Below, piece by piece: positions 23,207 to 24,689 of a DNA stretch of 24,689 bases. This DNA comes from a virus. Lineage: Duplodnaviria; Caudoviricetes. The notes under the pieces are model-generated. The model did not search any database and was not told where the DNA came from. It saw only the letters and a program-made list of their open reading frames with translations. The stretch is taken from IMG/VR virus record IMGVR_UViG_3300048855_000192, positions 1 to 24,689 of that record; one strand, 5' to 3'. Each line of letters opens with the position of its first letter. Position 1 is the stretch's first letter. The position numbers and the translations under genes are program-made.

Positions 23207-23496
23207 CCCGGCGCGCGCCACGCACCCTGGCCGACCTGCCGCTGTTCGCCTCCGATGAAGATCTTGGGGAAGCCGTGCTGGGCTACGACCGCCGCGGCGA
23301 GTTTCACGGCTATGCCGAGTTGTGCGAACGAGCGGGAATGCCCAAGATCAGCGCCTTTTGGGGCGGCCGGTACGTTCCGGCGGTCAAGGCCTTTCTCGAC
23401 AGCGAGAACGGCCTGGCCGACGAAGCTCCGATGGCACCGAACGGGTTGGAGGGGAAATGGCCGAGCAAGACAAACGTCCGCAAGCTCCGGGCCTGA
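23203..23496 (+). CDS. Putative excisionase-like winged-helix protein
   Basis: Overlaps the integrase start; GMPKI..GGRYVPAVKAFLD wing-helix pattern. Confidence 0.55.
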   Translation: MTRRAPRTLADLPLFASDEDLGEAVLGYDRRGEFHGYAELCERAGMPKISAFWGGRYVPAVKAFLDSENGLADEAPMAPNGLEGKWPSKTNVRKLRA

Positions 23497-24689
23497 AATG
23501 GCGCGCGCGGCGCAATGGCGCTGCAGTGCCGTATTGGTTTGCCGATCCTCGCGCGATCGCCGCCGGTTATCCGGTCAAGGCGGCCAACCTTTCCGAATAC
23601 GCCGCGCACCCAGCGCGCCTCATTGAGCGCGCGCAGCGCCTACAGGCTGAGATGCTGCGCTGGGTTGCCGGCCATCGCACCAGCGCCGCTCGCTACGATG
23701 GCACGTTCAGGTCGCTGTTGGAGGTGTATCAAACCGACCCCGAGAGCCCATTCCGCACATCGCTGAAGCGCGGCACCGTCAAGGTTTACGTCATCTACCT
23801 CGAAAAACTGATCCAGCACATTGGCGACTTGCGCATAGATCGCGCCGATGGACGCGATGTGCGGCGCTGGTTTGCACAATGGCGAACAGTCGACGGGAAG
23901 CCAGATCGCGACCAGCTGGCCGCCGCTCGGATGACCCTCGCCGTCCTCAAGGCGGCGCTGTCGTTCGGCATCATCTGTCGGGCGCCGGGCTGCTCAGCCT
24001 TCAAGGAAATTCTCAGCGAGATGGAATTCGACGACGTCCGGCCGCGCAAGTTCGCCCCGACCGCCGAGCAGATCGCCGCCGCGCGCCAGGCCGCACACGA
24101 CCACGGCGCGCCGCTGCGCGCACTCGCCTACGCCATCCAGTTCGAGACTACGCTGCGCCAATGGGACATCCGGGGTCAGTGGCTGCCGTTGTCCGATCCG
24201 CGGCCGAGCGCCGTGATCGCCGGAGAGTGGAAGTGGGTCGGGCTTACCTGGTCCGCAATTGACGGCGACCTCATCCTAGCAAAAGTGCGCCCGACCAAGA
24301 CCGAGGACACATCGGAAGTCGAAGTCTCCTTCGATCTGGCCGTCTGCCCGATGGTCGTCGAGGAATTGGCCAAGATCCCGCCGGAGGCGCGCGTCGGCCC
24401 GCTGATCGTCAACCCGAACACCGGTTGGCCCTACCATAACCGGGCTTTCGAAATGGGCTGGCGCAAGGACTTCAAGGCCGCGGGAATGCCCGAGGGTATG
24501 TGGAACCGCGACCTGCGCGCCGGCGGTATCACCGAGGGTGGCAAGGCCGGCGCGTCGAAGGACGACCGCCGCAAACTGGCGGGCCACACCAAGGAAGAGA
24601 CAACCGAGATCTACGATCGCGACATGGTCGAGGCGCATCGTCGCGTCATGGCGTCTCGCAAGATTTTTAGGGCCAAGAACACCCCATAA
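23457..24689 (+). CDS. Tyrosine integrase (410 aa)
   Basis: GGAGGGG RBS at ATG 23457; catalytic pattern TLRQ, KT, RDLRAG, LAGH and EIYDR. Confidence 0.92.
   Translation: MAEQDKRPQAPGLKWRARRNGAAVPYWFADPRAIAAGYPVKAANLSEYAAHPARLIERAQRLQAEMLRWVAGHRTSAARYDGTFRSLLEVYQTDPESPFRTSLKRGTVKVYVIYLEKLIQHIGDLRIDRADGRDVRRWFAQWRTVDGKPDRDQLAAARMTLAVLKAALSFGIICRAPGCSAFKEILSEMEFDDVRPRKFAPTAEQIAAARQAAHDHGAPLRALAYAIQFETTLRQWDIRGQWLPLSDPRPSAVIAGEWKWVGLTWSAIDGDLILAKVRPTKTEDTSEVEVSFDLAVCPMVVEELAKIPPEARVGPLIVNPNTGWPYHNRAFEMGWRKDFKAAGMPEGMWNRDLRAGGITEGGKAGASKDDRRKLAGHTKEETTEIYDRDMVEAHRRVMASRKIFRAKNTP

Larger units (their letters stand above)
1..24689. mobile_element. Temperate HK97-like (lambdoid) prophage, partial; tail tip, lysis genes and att sites lie outside the window
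   Basis: Ordered integrase, early, immunity, replication, packaging, head and tail modules, with many ATGA/TGATG-coupled genes. Confidence 0.97.

Noticed and set aside
24500-24525. Integrase RDLR in place of HxLR taken as a pseudogene sign
   Set aside because: This His position is variable among tyrosine recombinases, and the other catalytic residues are present
1-24689. CtrA boxes (TTAA-N7-TTAA), tRNA genes, att sites, lysis genes, diversity-generating retroelement
   Set aside because: None found by eye; the window ends at the integrase stop and inside the tape measure gene, so these may lie outside it

Overview
Almost the whole window is one temperate HK97-like siphovirus prophage. The host is probably a Rhizobiales/Bradyrhizobiaceae alphaproteobacterium (inferred from high GC, the porin family and the SuhB-type RNA). 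The minus strand, read right to left, carries cro, a cII-like gene, an HTH/MT-A70 methyltransferase, a TSCPD-like protein, a DUF6378-like protein, a GcrA-like protein, a replication initiator with iterons and a NusG paralogue. It continues with HNH, terminase, portal, protease, capsid, neck and tail genes, a -1 frameshifted tail chaperone, and a tape measure gene that runs off the left edge. The plus strand carries cI, a short early operon, a probable excisionase and a tyrosine integrase that ends at the last base. Notable non-standard signals: (1) a perfect parS core on the early-left promoter; (2) a SuhB/MmgR-like sRNA between tandem terminators in the late leader behind the NusG paralogue; (3) a signal-peptide-like N-terminus on the capsid protein; (4) a 14-bp-arm palindrome inside the methyltransferase gene; (5) an Omp25/31-type porin in the immunity region; (6) an antisense BssS-like gene. 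All family calls come from motif recognition and synteny by eye; no searches were run.
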